From assembly GCA_016219345.1 (NCBI GenBank), contig JACRNE010000007.1, positions 1 through 50,443 on the forward strand: DNA of 50,443 nt, written 5' to 3'. This document shows, piece by piece, positions 21,171 through 31,558 of the stretch. The position numbers and the translations under genes are program-made. The notes beneath the pieces were generated by a model. The model was not told the DNA's origin and did no database searches. It saw nothing but the letters and a program-made list of their open reading frames with translations. Source of the stretch: Candidatus Saccharimonadota bacterium. GTDB taxonomy: Bacteria; Patescibacteriota; Saccharimonadia; Saccharimonadales; 2-12-FULL-41-12. The stretch's first letter is position 1; each line of letters starts with the position of its first letter.

Positions 21171-22709
21171 TTAGGCTTTTGTCTCCTCGTAATCTTTAGA
21201 GATCTTTTTAGCTGCAGCCAGAATAGTCTCTTTCATCTTATCGTCTGGCTTATCGCCTTCATTAAGCTTTTCCATGAGTTTCTTATGGTTACGATTTAGC
21301 TCAGACAATACTGCTTTAGCAGCCTCACGTACATCTTTAACAGCAACCTTATCAAACAATCCTTCTGTAGCGGCTAAAAGTAGGGAAGTTTGTTCCCAGA
21401 CAGAATATGGGGAATATTGAGGCTGTTTTAGAAGTTCAGTTAGTCGCTGTCCGCGCTCTATACGATGCTTTGTGTCGGCATCAAGGTCAGTTGAGAATTG
21501 AGCAAAAGCCGCAAGCTCACGGAACTGGGCTAGGTTAAGCCTTAGACTTCCGGCCACACTCTTAACAGCTTTGGTCTGTGCACTACCACCGACACGCGAT
21601 ACAGATGTACCAACAGCAATAGCTGGTCGAATACCCTGGTAGAACAAGTTTGTTTCTAGGAAGATCTGACCGTCCGTAATAGAAATCACGTTAGTTGGGA
21701 TATAAGCAGAAATATCTCCAGCTTGTGTCTCGATGATAGGTAGGGCAGTCAAGCTTCCAGCACCTTTGGCGTCAGATAATTTAGCTGAGCGCTCAAGCAA
21801 GCGTGAATGTAGATAGAAGACATCGCCAGGGAAAGCCTCACGTCCTGGTGGGCGACGAAGCAACAAACTCATCTGTCTGTAGGCGTTAGCGTGCTTGGAT
21901 AAATCATCATGAATAATCAAGGCATGTTGGCCATTATCACGGAAATATTCACCCATGGCGGTTCCGGCGTATGGGGCTAGATATTGCAAGCTGGCAGGAT
22001 CAGAAGCAGAAGTAGCAACCACAATTGATTGCTCCATCACACCTTCACGCTTAAGCCTCTCAACCAAACGAGCAACCTTGCTGGATTTTTGCCCAACCGC
22101 AACGTAGATGTTAATAACACCAGTGTTTTGGCGATGTTGGTTAATCATAGTATCGATAGCAACAGCAGTCTTTCCAGTTTGACGGTCACCAATAATCAAC
22201 TCACGCTGACCACGACCGATAGGAATCATAGTGTCAATTGCCGCAATACCTGTCATCAAAGGCTCATGAACGCTTTTTCGGTCTAGAACACCTGGGGCTG
22301 GATTTTCAATAGCACCAGTTTTCTTAGCCTTAATAGGTCCCTTAGCGTCAAGTGGGCGGCCAAGCGGGTCGACTACACGTCCAACTAGTTCCGGACCAAC
22401 TGGTACGTCAAGGCTTCGGCCAGTTAGTTTTACTTTAGCGCCAGCCTTAACTAAAAGGTCGCTGTCTAGTAGCACTGCACCAATTTCGTTTTCACTAAGG
22501 TTTAAGGCAAAGGCTGAAATAACTTGGCCTTCAATCCCTTCAATCTCTAAAAGCTCGTTAAAGCCACACTCTTGCAGACCATAAATCCAGGCAATACCAT
22601 CACCAACCTTGGTTACGACTCCTACATCTTTAACCTCAGGCTGATCCTTTAGATTTTCTATTGCCTTTCTGATATCTGCTGACAGTTCTTTTATGCTAAT
22701 TTCACTCAT
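21171..22709 (-). CDS. atpA: ATP synthase F1 alpha subunit
   Basis: [31 protein letters not shown] and SITDGQIFL. Confidence 0.98.
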   Translation of the reverse strand: MSEISIKELSADIRKAIENLKDQPEVKDVGVVTKVGDGIAWIYGLQECGFNELLEIEGIEGQVISAFALNLSENEIGAVLLDSDLLVKAGAKVKLTGRSLDVPVGPELVGRVVDPLGRPLDAKGPIKAKKTGAIENPAPGVLDRKSVHEPLMTGIAAIDTMIPIGRGQRELIIGDRQTGKTAVAIDTMINQHRQNTGVINIYVAVGQKSSKVARLVERLKREGVMEQSIVVATSASDPASLQYLAPYAGTAMGEYFRDNGQHALIIHDDLSKHANAYRQMSLLLRRPPGREAFPGDVFYLHSRLLERSAKLSDAKGAGSLTALPIIETQAGDISAYIPTNVISITDGQIFLETNLFYQGIRPAIAVGTSVSRVGGSAQTKAVKSVAGSLRLNLAQFRELAAFAQFSTDLDADTKHRIERGQRLTELLKQPQYSPYSVWEQTSLLLAATEGLFDKVAVKDVREAAKAVLSELNRNHKKLMEKLNEGDKPDDKMKETILAAAKKISKDYEETKA

Positions 22710-22733
22710 GTTTTACTAACAATCATCCTTTCC

Positions 22734-23135
22734 TTAGGTGGTTAATGCCTTTAATTTATTTAGTCTCGCTCTGATACTTAGATCCAAACTGGAGTCTACA
22801 AAAGACAGGGAAATGCCACCGATAATATCCGGGTCAACTCGGTTATGAATTATGACCTTATGAGCGTTTTTATAACGATCTTTAGCCGTCTTCTCAACAT
22901 ATCTTTCTAAATCTTTATCAAGAGGTCTGGCGGTTACAGCGTTAACTTCAACAATCCCATCTCTTTGCACGCGAATTTTCGTACAATCTCGAAGCAGTGA
23001 GCTAAGTTCAGAAGTTTTACCAACACTTATCAATAGTGCGGCCACTTCCTGACTAATTTTTTCAGCGGACTCACCTTTATCAAGACGTTTGATTATCTCT
23101 TGGGCAAGTTTAGCGCGTGAAAATTTAGGGCTCAT
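22734..23135 (-). CDS. atpH: ATP synthase F1 delta subunit (short form)
   Basis: C-terminal VDPDIIGG...DLSIRARL; position between atpF and atpA. Confidence 0.88.
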   Translation of the reverse strand: MSPKFSRAKLAQEIIKRLDKGESAEKISQEVAALLISVGKTSELSSLLRDCTKIRVQRDGIVEVNAVTARPLDKDLERYVEKTAKDRYKNAHKVIIHNRVDPDIIGGISLSFVDSSLDLSIRARLNKLKALTT

Positions 23136-23672
23136 TTAAATTCGTCCTTCCAGTGCATCCTTGATCAAAGTAGCGTCTTTTTTAGCATCTAGCTTTTCGC
23201 GAGACACAGCCTCAGTCGCCTTAATTACCAAGTTAACTGTTTCTTCCTCTAATGATCTTCGAGCCTTTTCAGTTTCTTCGTTGATTTTCTTCTTTGCATC
23301 AGCGATCATGCTCTCTACTTTAGCTTGGGTTGCTTCCTCTGCTTCACGTAAAGCAATATCAGCCTGATCTTTGGTCTGATTCATCAGCTCCTGTGCTTCT
23401 GCTCGAGCTTTTTTATGAGCTTCGGCTATTTGCGCCTCAAGCTTTTCACGCTCAGACTTTATCTCGGCTGAAAGCTTCACACCATCTTCTATGGTTTTAC
23501 GTCTTGTCTCAAGCATGTCAACCACTCGGCCAAACACATATTTCTTCAAAATGTAAAAAACCAACAGAAAGGTGATCAGCTGTATTAGGAAAGCCTTAAC
23601 ATCAAAGCCAAGAGCGGCAAAGCCAGATGGCTTAGCTTCTTCTGATGCGATTAATGTTACAAAATTAAACAT
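23136..23672 (-). CDS. atpF: ATP synthase Fo b subunit
   Basis: N-terminal TM (IQLITFLLVFYIL) followed by a long charged coiled coil. Confidence 0.93.
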   Translation of the reverse strand: MFNFVTLIASEEAKPSGFAALGFDVKAFLIQLITFLLVFYILKKYVFGRVVDMLETRRKTIEDGVKLSAEIKSEREKLEAQIAEAHKKARAEAQELMNQTKDQADIALREAEEATQAKVESMIADAKKKINEETEKARRSLEEETVNLVIKATEAVSREKLDAKKDATLIKDALEGRI

Positions 23673-23697
23673 ATTTCTTTTTTATCCAATAATCCTC

Positions 23698-23928
23698 TTA
23701 TCCAAGTAGGAAGAAGGCTCCTATCGCAGCAATACCAAAGAACTCTGCCATACCAACAAAGATAAACAATTTCGCCAAGAACTTGTCTGACTCTGGGTTT
23801 CGGCTAACTGCGTTCATATAGGCAGCGCCCATAAGACCTAAAGCGATAGCCGGTCCTAGACCACCAACACCTATAGCGATAGCTTGTCCAATTACATTTG
23901 TATTTACTGTTTCTGCTAAAATATCCAT
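23698..23928 (-). CDS. atpE: ATP synthase Fo c subunit
   Basis: GxGxGxG-like helix, RNPE loop and carboxylate in GMAEFF. Confidence 0.95.
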   Translation of the reverse strand: MDILAETVNTNVIGQAIAIGVGGLGPAIALGLMGAAYMNAVSRNPESDKFLAKLFIFVGMAEFFGIAAIGAFFLLG

Positions 23929-23992
23929 TTTTACTCCTTATCTAGCTTACTTATATTTACATACTTAACTTACTCTTAACAACAGTTTTAAT

Positions 23993-24784
23993 TCACGCCT
24001 TTTCCACCTCCTTCGGCTCATCCCCGTGACCCGCCAAAGTAGCGGAGAGGTAGGCAGCACATAAAACTACGAAAATAAAGGCTTGTAGCGCACCAACAAA
24101 AATTTCAAACAGGGTGAAGGGCAGGGCGGCAATCGGCGCTACGAAAGAACCTCCCAGGTAAGTAGCCACAGCTATTAATACTTCCCCGATGGCAATATTA
24201 AGGAAAAGTCGAAGGCCAAGACTAAGCAGCCTGGTAAATTCTGTGAAAATCTCAAAGGCACCAATCACATAGTTAAGCGGGTTTAGGGGGCTCAAAGGGA
24301 AATAGTGCTTAACGTGATGTTTAGGACCTTGCTCTTTTACGGCTAAAACTTGTACCAAAATCATGCCAAATAGCGCCATAGCGAAAGTACTGTTTAGATC
24401 TGCTGTAAATGCTCTGAACAGCGGAGCCTCGCCATATGTAACAGCCGGCCCAACACCTGGAAGCAGTCCGAACCAGTTATTAAACATGATGAAGAAGAAC
24501 AGCGTCGCAAAGATCGGCGCATATTTAATAGCTTTTTTCTTGCTGCCCAGGGTTGACTCAAGCAAACCTACAATCAGTTCTACTCCTGCCTCTAAAAGTC
24601 CTGCTACACCTTTTGTGCCAGCAACTTTCTGTTTTCTAGCTAAAAATGTGAAAAGAAATATCAAAAATGCAGCCACAATCCAGCCGAAAACCATCGAGTT
24701 AGTTATGGGGTAACCCCCGATTTCAAAAAGTGTTTCAGGTCTGATAACTACATGTGGGCCTTCGGCAGCGAATAGACTAATCAT
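23993..24784 (-). CDS. atpB: ATP synthase Fo a subunit
   Basis: NWFGLLPG, TADLN and SLGLRLFLNI (essential Arg); LQAFIF. Confidence 0.96.
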   Translation of the reverse strand: MISLFAAEGPHVVIRPETLFEIGGYPITNSMVFGWIVAAFLIFLFTFLARKQKVAGTKGVAGLLEAGVELIVGLLESTLGSKKKAIKYAPIFATLFFFIMFNNWFGLLPGVGPAVTYGEAPLFRAFTADLNSTFAMALFGMILVQVLAVKEQGPKHHVKHYFPLSPLNPLNYVIGAFEIFTEFTRLLSLGLRLFLNIAIGEVLIAVATYLGGSFVAPIAALPFTLFEIFVGALQAFIFVVLCAAYLSATLAGHGDEPKEVEKA

Positions 24785-25041
24785 CCCTTATGATCTCCTG
24801 AGATTTTCTGAACAAAAGCCCTTAAAACCAAGATTGATAAAACCAAGCCAACAAAAAATCCGGCTAACGAAAACGCTTGGCCGGAATCTCTTGATGAATC
24901 AATATATATACCAATAAAAAGAGGTAGTAGCATTGCCCCCAGCATTTTCCAAGTCAGCTCAAACAGATAGACAAAAAATGCACGCTTTTTGCCATTAACT
25001 TCATCACTGTCGGTCGTTAAACGATCGGCGGTTTTCATCAT
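24781..25041 (-). CDS. AtpZ/AtpI-like small membrane protein
   Basis: Two TM helices with G.YID motif; first gene of the atp operon; start taken at the MMKT ATG. Confidence 0.75.
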   Translation of the reverse strand: MMKTADRLTTDSDEVNGKKRAFFVYLFELTWKMLGAMLLPLFIGIYIDSSRDSGQAFSLAGFFVGLVLSILVLRAFVQKISGDHKG

Positions 25042-25133
25042 TGCTCTTAAAATTATAGCAACCCGAGCGACATCTTTCAAACACTTTAGCTTAAAACATG
25101 TTAGAAAGGTGATTATGTTAAAATATAAACAGT

Positions 25134-25385
25134 ATGAGCACGCCAAATATCACCATCTACAGCACCCGTACATGCGCTTTTTGCCACGCAGCTAAGAAGT
25201 ATTTAGAGAGCCTAAAGGTAAATTACAGCGAAGTAAAAGTTGACGAAATTCCAGACGGGGCAGAAAAGCTAATTGAAAAATCAGGCCAGCTCGGCGTGCC
25301 TGTTATAGACTTTGACGGGCAAATAATTATCGGTTTTAACCGACCGCAAATAGATCTACTACTCCGCGAAGCCAAACTCATCTAA
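25134..25385 (+). CDS. Glutaredoxin/NrdH-like protein
   Basis: CAFC active site, SGQLGVPVI and IIGF. Confidence 0.92.
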   Translation: MSTPNITIYSTRTCAFCHAAKKYLESLKVNYSEVKVDEIPDGAEKLIEKSGQLGVPVIDFDGQIIIGFNRPQIDLLLREAKLI

Positions 25386-25469
25386 CCCGCACAATCGCAA
25401 CAGCTAAACTGCTTGTATGCGGAAAATAACAGACTTTTATCTTTGTTAATTTGCCTTTAGACTAAGCCT

Positions 25470-26039
25470 ATGGCTTTTGAGGATTTTGAAACGAAAGAAT
25501 CAGTTGTAATAGTCTACACAGGCGAGGGGAAAGGTAAGACCAGTGCAAGCTTAGGGCTACTTGTGCGTGCACTTGGTAATCGCATGGACGTAGCCTTTAT
25601 CCAATTCATTAAATATTGGGGTGTTAGTGAGCATGTTTTTCTGCATGACATAGGAGACCTATACAAAGACCAGTTGTATTTTTATAAAGGCGGCAAGGGG
25701 TTTTATAACGCCGGAGATCTAAGCCCAAAAGAGATCACGTCAGACCAACACAAAAAAGCTGCAAAAGAGACCTTAGCCGAAGCAGAAAAGGCAGCTTCGT
25801 CGGGCAAATACAATCTTGTAATTTGCGACGAGATCAATAATGCCGTTCATGACGGACTTCTAAGCCAATCAGATTTAGAAAATCTTATTAAGAATAAAGC
25901 TCCCGAAACCAATCTATGCCTAACAGGCCGCAATTTTCCAAAACAGCTACTAGACGAAGTTGATATTGCGACCAATATGACCAAACTAAAACACCATTTC
26001 GATGATAAATTCTTAGCCAACCCCGGCATTGATTTTTAA
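25470..26039 (+). CDS. cobO: Cob(I)yrinic acid a,c-diamide adenosyltransferase (CobO/BtuR family)
   Basis: YTGEGKGKT, IQFIK, CDEIN, LTGR and KH.F...GIDF. Confidence 0.9.
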   Translation: MAFEDFETKESVVIVYTGEGKGKTSASLGLLVRALGNRMDVAFIQFIKYWGVSEHVFLHDIGDLYKDQLYFYKGGKGFYNAGDLSPKEITSDQHKKAAKETLAEAEKAASSGKYNLVICDEINNAVHDGLLSQSDLENLIKNKAPETNLCLTGRNFPKQLLDEVDIATNMTKLKHHFDDKFLANPGIDF

Positions 26040-26103
26040 TTTACTTTTTTGTCAATTTTATGATATATTATGTTTAATTTAACATTAGATAAGGTTATCG
26101 ATT

Positions 26104-26574
26104 TTGACCCATTATAAAAATTTTGGCAGGAGCCTAAAGGCAATACCGGAGTTTGAATTTACGCCCCAAGAAACTGTTGCTAACCGTATGTTCGGCGCCC
26201 GAAGAGATGTTGCCACACCAGATGACTTCAATTTTTTCCATGGACATATACGCGGCTGGAATACAGCAAAAGACATAGGTCAGAACACTCCAAAGACATT
26301 ATTTGAAAAAGTTGCTCGAAGAACATCACTTGATGCACGACTCGTCGTCGTAGCAGCTCGTGTGTGCGCAGCCGAAGGATTGAAGATAGAGCTTGGACCT
26401 GTAGTTGCTCGGGTTGGCATAGAGGGAGTAGAAGTTTCGCCAAAACATTTGGCTCGCGTTGCTATGGTAGATTTTGGCCTAGATCCTTCCGTATCGGAAG
26501 CTGAGAGATTCGAGAGGATGGCTACCATAATTGGAAATGTTGAAGATAAAAGCAAAATATTAGGCAAGAAATAA
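26104..26574 (+). CDS. Hypothetical protein
   Basis: 156-aa ORF; start uncertain; no motif recognised. Confidence 0.55.
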   Translation: MTHYKNFGRSLKAIPEFEFTPQETVANRMFGARRDVATPDDFNFFHGHIRGWNTAKDIGQNTPKTLFEKVARRTSLDARLVVVAARVCAAEGLKIELGPVVARVGIEGVEVSPKHLARVAMVDFGLDPSVSEAERFERMATIIGNVEDKSKILGKK

Positions 26575-26589
26575 TTTTTTTAAATACTT

Positions 26590-27414
26590 ATGAGTTTTGC
26601 AACAGAAGAAAGCTACGCAGAAGAATTAGGCGAATTCCGAGAAGCCGCAGTCGTGGCGGAAATATCACCAGAAATTCTTAAAATGATCGATAATTTTGCC
26701 ACTCCTGATGTGCACGTTAAGGGAAGTACTCTTCTAAATGCCTACTCTAGTGGATGCACTAAATTAGCGAGAAACCCCCTTGAGCCTTTAGCTGAAAGAC
26801 CAATAGAAGGTTACGTTCCAGACAGCAGACTAGGAAGGTACTTGGTCAATTTGATAAACGATTCGGTAGAACGAGATTCTGATGCTGATACTGCCTTTAC
26901 GGTAGAGTGGCCTTCGAAATCACATCTTGTTTGTTCTGAAACAGAAACAAACCTATTAAGTGCGATGGGCCATAGGGGTGGGCTCGTAACCTCCGAAGTC
27001 GGCAAACTTAGCGTGCTTTACTGTACAGATGAGGGCGAGCCAGTTCTTTTTAAAAAAGGAGTTGGAGTATCATCCACAATTTCGTTAAGAGAAATATCAA
27101 TCAATGGAATAGCCTATCCTCCGGGTATGTTATTCAGTCTACACCAGAGAGGACTGCCAAATAGCGTAAATATGGCTCCACACAGGATGGCTGTAAGGCC
27201 GACAAGCCTTATACGTTCCATTGCACCTCTTCGATTGAGTGAATTTGCACTGCCGAAAGAAGAACAAAGTCCGGCCTTCATGCCTGATGATGAACGCATG
27301 ATTATGGATGATGAAGAGAGGGCTGCTGACGTTTCTAGAACCATGCAAATGACAGTAGACGAACTAGCTATACATTTGCCCAAACCCGAAGAGATCGCCG
27401 CAGTTATTAAATAA
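26590..27414 (+). CDS. Hypothetical protein
   Basis: 274-aa ORF; no motif recognised. Confidence 0.7.
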   Translation: MSFATEESYAEELGEFREAAVVAEISPEILKMIDNFATPDVHVKGSTLLNAYSSGCTKLARNPLEPLAERPIEGYVPDSRLGRYLVNLINDSVERDSDADTAFTVEWPSKSHLVCSETETNLLSAMGHRGGLVTSEVGKLSVLYCTDEGEPVLFKKGVGVSSTISLREISINGIAYPPGMLFSLHQRGLPNSVNMAPHRMAVRPTSLIRSIAPLRLSEFALPKEEQSPAFMPDDERMIMDDEERAADVSRTMQMTVDELAIHLPKPEEIAAVIK

Positions 27415-27451
27415 TCCGTATATTGATTTTTAGGCTGTTTTTTGGTATAAT

Positions 27452-29701
27452 ATGCCGATGAACGGGTTTAATCCTGAGGCGCCTGGATTTGGTGAAATAA
27501 AAACCGGTCGTCCGCTAAGCGACCATGAGCTTGCCCAAGCTGCGGTGATTGATTTTTTCGGACCCGATAGTAGGTATCCAGGCCACAATAAGCGTATGCT
27601 CCAGATGTTAGAGGAATTTGATTTCGCGACTCCTGGCCTGTGCATGGCTACAGAGCTCCACGATATAGTGGACCACGGATTAGTCAATCCAGATGATGAA
27701 GAGACAAAGCAAAGAGCTCAAACGATAATTGCTGATCTATACGAACAAGTCTCTGACAAACACGAGTTCCTGTATGGGCTCGGTTGCGCAATAAGTACTG
27801 CAAGCTGGGAGAGTGATGTTGCGGAAGTTTATAGAACTGCAGATAGAAGTCAGTTCCCACCGATGGATGATAATAGCTGGACTCATGTCAGAGCTGCCAT
27901 AAAGAAGGATAGCTCCGTAGAAATAGACGAAGCGATTCTGAAGGCTGCTCGAGTAGTCCACCTAGACACAAGTTCTCTGCGAAAAGCCATGACCGATTAC
28001 GATGTTGAAGGACTTCTTCTAAAGTCTGTCGAGCTCCTAGCCAACCTCGAAAGCCCACCACCAAATCCTGATTCTGTGTATAGAGACTGCATTGAGATAC
28101 GTAATTGCTACGGACCAGCTCTAGAGTTATTTGGATTTAATGAGCTTGCCACCAAACTAAACGGAGAAGCGCTGAAGTACTTTTACGACGATCCTGAGGG
28201 CATCGAAAAAACCAACAGACAGATTGAGGTATCGTTGCGGCACCTAGAAGAAATACATGACAAAGTCCCTGAAGTAGTCTCAAACATCATAGAAGAGGTG
28301 GGTGAATATGAGGATATTGAAAATCTTAGGAGTAACATAATCCTCCTTGGGCCACGAGTAAAATCCGAAGGATCAATGAGAAAGAAATTTTCTACGAAAA
28401 AATACAAAGATGAAGACCAGCTTCCAGACGGCATTGGCTATAAAGTGATAATTCTGGATAATTTTCTCGATAAATCCGAAGATGAAATCGGTGAATTAAT
28501 AGAGCGCATAGGCAAAGCACTCCAGGAAAGATTATCGCCGAGTGAAAACAATAATGGTTATGGCATTTTTGCAAGTGACGATAGCAGTACCGAAAATTAC
28601 ATAAGAGATCCTAAACCTTCAGGTTATAAGGCTTTTCATTTTACACCCACATACATGGCAGGTACTAAATCTGTCCCAGTTGAGATACAAGTAGTTTCAT
28701 CGACTCAAGACATCAAACACACCTTCGACAAGGCCAGCTGGGTTCTATACAAAAACGAAGCTGAAGCTAATGAATACGTTATGAGAGATCTGCACGCCAT
28801 CGGCTCAAGAGAAGGGCAATTAAGGAATAAACCGAATAATCAAGAGCTTAGGCCGCAAACCTGGTTTGAGCTTCTAAAATTAATGCCCGAGATGGACACA
28901 CCTATTCATAAAACTTTCGAAGTAGTCGAGATAAACGGATCGAGGATTATGGTAGCTGATGGCATGGGCAAATATGCAAAGCAGCTACTGGGTGAAGCGC
29001 AGGGGCTTGGCGGAGACATAATACTTCCACCAAGTGTTATCTCAGAGAAAGATTTTATGGCAATGATAAGACTTATATCCCCAGAGTTGGCGGAGGACGA
29101 AAGCGTATTAAAAGCACTTGAATTTGTTAAAAACCAAGCTCTTAAGCCAAGAAGGGATGGCATACCAACACCTGAGGGCCATTTACTGCCCGTAGCGCTA
29201 CACGCCGCCATCATGGCCTCCTTATCATCCGTACACTGGGAGTCTAGAGATTCAATTGAATATTTGTCAGATACGGTATTAGTAGCTCTACTGCACGACA
29301 TGGCAGAAGACGTTGAAGGCGATGAAGCCAAACAACAAATGCGAGATTATATAGGTTCAGAGTGTGGTCCTAAAGTGCTCGCAGCCGTAGATGCCCTTAC
29401 CAGTCCTCAAGAAATTGAAAATGAAACTCGAAGACGAAAAGCCTACGCAAGACAATTAGCGAAAAATCCTTTAGCACTTTTAATTAAATTATCAGACCGA
29501 TCTCAGAATCATGTTTCAGACATTGTAAGATTGGCTAGAACCAATCCAGATAAAGATGAGATGGGGAAAATTAAAAAATATTATATTAAAACCATTACCT
29601 ATCTCAATGATAACTTTATGAATAGAGCGAAACAGCCCGAAGAATATGTGCAGGTATATAAAACAGTCATGCGCATGCTTCAATCGGCTTTGAATATATA
29701 G
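27452..29701 (+). CDS. RelA/SpoT homologue with degenerate N-terminal HD, central (p)ppGpp synthetase and C-terminal HD hydrolase
   Basis: ELHDIVD; RVKS..S..KK, DGIGYKVI, NYI.DPKPSGYKAFH and VEIQV; then ALLHDMAED and IKLSDR..N. Confidence 0.8.
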   Translation: MPMNGFNPEAPGFGEIKTGRPLSDHELAQAAVIDFFGPDSRYPGHNKRMLQMLEEFDFATPGLCMATELHDIVDHGLVNPDDEETKQRAQTIIADLYEQVSDKHEFLYGLGCAISTASWESDVAEVYRTADRSQFPPMDDNSWTHVRAAIKKDSSVEIDEAILKAARVVHLDTSSLRKAMTDYDVEGLLLKSVELLANLESPPPNPDSVYRDCIEIRNCYGPALELFGFNELATKLNGEALKYFYDDPEGIEKTNRQIEVSLRHLEEIHDKVPEVVSNIIEEVGEYEDIENLRSNIILLGPRVKSEGSMRKKFSTKKYKDEDQLPDGIGYKVIILDNFLDKSEDEIGELIERIGKALQERLSPSENNNGYGIFASDDSSTENYIRDPKPSGYKAFHFTPTYMAGTKSVPVEIQVVSSTQDIKHTFDKASWVLYKNEAEANEYVMRDLHAIGSREGQLRNKPNNQELRPQTWFELLKLMPEMDTPIHKTFEVVEINGSRIMVADGMGKYAKQLLGEAQGLGGDIILPPSVISEKDFMAMIRLISPELAEDESVLKALEFVKNQALKPRRDGIPTPEGHLLPVALHAAIMASLSSVHWESRDSIEYLSDTVLVALLHDMAEDVEGDEAKQQMRDYIGSECGPKVLAAVDALTSPQEIENETRRRKAYARQLAKNPLALLIKLSDRSQNHVSDIVRLARTNPDKDEMGKIKKYYIKTITYLNDNFMNRAKQPEEYVQVYKTVMRMLQSALNI

Positions 29702-29731
29702 ATAGACTGAGTTGATATATAGTATTTGTAG

Positions 29732-30256
29732 ATGTCTGAAAAACCGACCTTATATTTGATGCTTGGTTATCCGGGTGCCGGAAAAACTACTGTGTCGGAT
29801 ATAATCCGTGACTTAACAGGAGCCGTACACCTTAATTCGGACAGATTCAGGCAGCACATGTTCTCAAAACCTTTGGAAATAACCAATGAAGAGCATGAAA
29901 ACATGTATAAACACCTGGATTACATCGCTAGGACGATTTTAGAAAGTGGTAAAAGTGTTATATATGATGCCAATTTAAACAAATATGCTCACCGGCAGGA
30001 AAAATATGATATTGCTGAAAAACTAGGAGCCAACACCAAGTTGATCTGGGTAAAGACTGACCCAGAAACTGCCAGAAAGCGCGCTACTATTGAGGCGAAC
30101 GAAAATCCGGTGAATCGACCTTTTGGCAACATGGAGGCTCAAACTTTCGAAAGACTTATCCAGGAGATAGAATCACCAAGAGAAAATGAGCAAGCGATAG
30201 AAATATCTGGGGAAGAAATCAGCCCAGAAAATGTAGCAAAGGCACTAGGTATATGA
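29732..30256 (+). CDS. P-loop kinase (AAA_33-like)
   Basis: GYPGAGKT, SD..R and VIYDAN. Confidence 0.85.
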   Translation: MSEKPTLYLMLGYPGAGKTTVSDIIRDLTGAVHLNSDRFRQHMFSKPLEITNEEHENMYKHLDYIARTILESGKSVIYDANLNKYAHRQEKYDIAEKLGANTKLIWVKTDPETARKRATIEANENPVNRPFGNMEAQTFERLIQEIESPRENEQAIEISGEEISPENVAKALGI

Positions 30257-30984
30257 AAGTATCGGTAGTAATCCCTAGCTACAACGAAGCAACCTACATC
30301 GGCAGGCTGCTAGAAGATTTATCTCAGCAAGACTTTGATAGTTTTGAAGTTATAGTTTCGGATGCTGAGTCAAAAGATAAAACCTCTGACGTGGTTAAAA
30401 ATTATTCTGACAAACTAGACATAAAATTAGTCAGCTCACCGCCTAAAGGCCCGGCTAATGGACGTAACTTAGGGGCCAAAAATGCCAAAGGTAAATGGCT
30501 ATTATTCCTAGATGCGGACGTTGAGATTGATGATCCTAAATTTATTAAAAAATTAATTGCAAAATCAGACCAAAATAATTGGCAGACAGCCAGCGCAAAG
30601 ATAGATCCAAGTCGTGGCACTCTAAAAGAACGTATAGGCATGAGAGCAAATTACCGCTACATAAAGCTCCTTGCCAGAACTAAGCATCCCGTCGCCCCGG
30701 GTTGGTGCATCCTAACTAAGCGAGAAGTTTTCGAAAAACATTTAGGCTTTAACGAAAAAATCCAGTTTGGTGAAGATTATGACTACGTTACAAGGGTCGG
30801 AGACCATGGCTATGGATTTGTAGAAGATACTTATTATTATGTTGACTTCAGACGCGCTCGTGAAGAAGGCTGGCGCCTAACCGTAAAAGCCATTCTAAAC
30901 GAAGTTTATCGCCATACTCATGGCTATAACTTAGAAAATAATCCATATAAATACGAGTTCGGGAAACACGAAAAGAGAAAATAA
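30253..30984 (+). CDS. Glycosyltransferase family 2
   Basis: SVVIPSYNE, RNLGA, FLDAD and EDYD. Confidence 0.92.
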   Translation: MKVSVVIPSYNEATYIGRLLEDLSQQDFDSFEVIVSDAESKDKTSDVVKNYSDKLDIKLVSSPPKGPANGRNLGAKNAKGKWLLFLDADVEIDDPKFIKKLIAKSDQNNWQTASAKIDPSRGTLKERIGMRANYRYIKLLARTKHPVAPGWCILTKREVFEKHLGFNEKIQFGEDYDYVTRVGDHGYGFVEDTYYYVDFRRAREEGWRLTVKAILNEVYRHTHGYNLENNPYKYEFGKHEKRK

Positions 30985-31394
30985 TGTGGCAAGAGTTTCT
31001 CCGTCATAAGCGGATAGTCCAATTTGTCGAATACATGATCGGTGGAGGAGTCTTCTTCTGGAGCGGAATGGCGGTTTTTGCCTTGCTGTATTCGGTAATT
31101 AAGATTGACTGGCTGATTGCTAAGCTAATCGCAGATGCCGTCGGCTGGACTTTATCCTTTTTTATCCAACGCTACTGGGCATTTAATGACCCGCGGCTAA
31201 AACATAAAACACTACAGACAGGCAAACGATACACACTCATTACAGTTGCAAATTTTGCTATTGATTATGCTATTGTTGCCACTATGAAGCACTTTGGTGT
31301 TACTCCGTACCTCGGAATGATTACGGCTTCTATCTTCTTTACTGTCTGGAATTATCTTTGGTACAGATTCTGGGTATTTGACCCTGAGAGCTAA
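30984..31394 (+). CDS. GtrA-family flippase-like membrane protein
   Basis: Four TM segments with conserved R.WAF and NY...RFWVF. Confidence 0.88.
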   Translation: MWQEFLRHKRIVQFVEYMIGGGVFFWSGMAVFALLYSVIKIDWLIAKLIADAVGWTLSFFIQRYWAFNDPRLKHKTLQTGKRYTLITVANFAIDYAIVATMKHFGVTPYLGMITASIFFTVWNYLWYRFWVFDPES

Positions 31395-31556
31395 TTAATA
31401 TCTAGCTGTTGTTAGCGAAGCTTTAGCAGCTGGTATGATTTTTTATCTGTTTTCTCGGCTTTTGGTCGTAGCCGTAGCTACGAACCGAAAACGAAAAACT
31501 TATGAAAAGTACCAGATCTGAAGCTTTTAGCCTACAGGTAGATGTTAGTTAGCTCT
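31387..31556. repeat. 170-nt long imperfect palindrome (MITE/RPE-like) between convergent genes
   Basis: agagctaattaatatctagctgt pairs with acaggtagatgttagttagctct; nested aagctt, tggta/tacca and tcgtagc/gctacga stems. Confidence 0.75.
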
Positions 31557-31558
31557 AA

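Noticed and set aside
23698-23928. Na+-translocating ATP synthase
   Set aside because: The c subunit lacks the Gln...Glu-Ser/Thr sodium-binding signature (it reads AEFF), consistent with H+ coupling.
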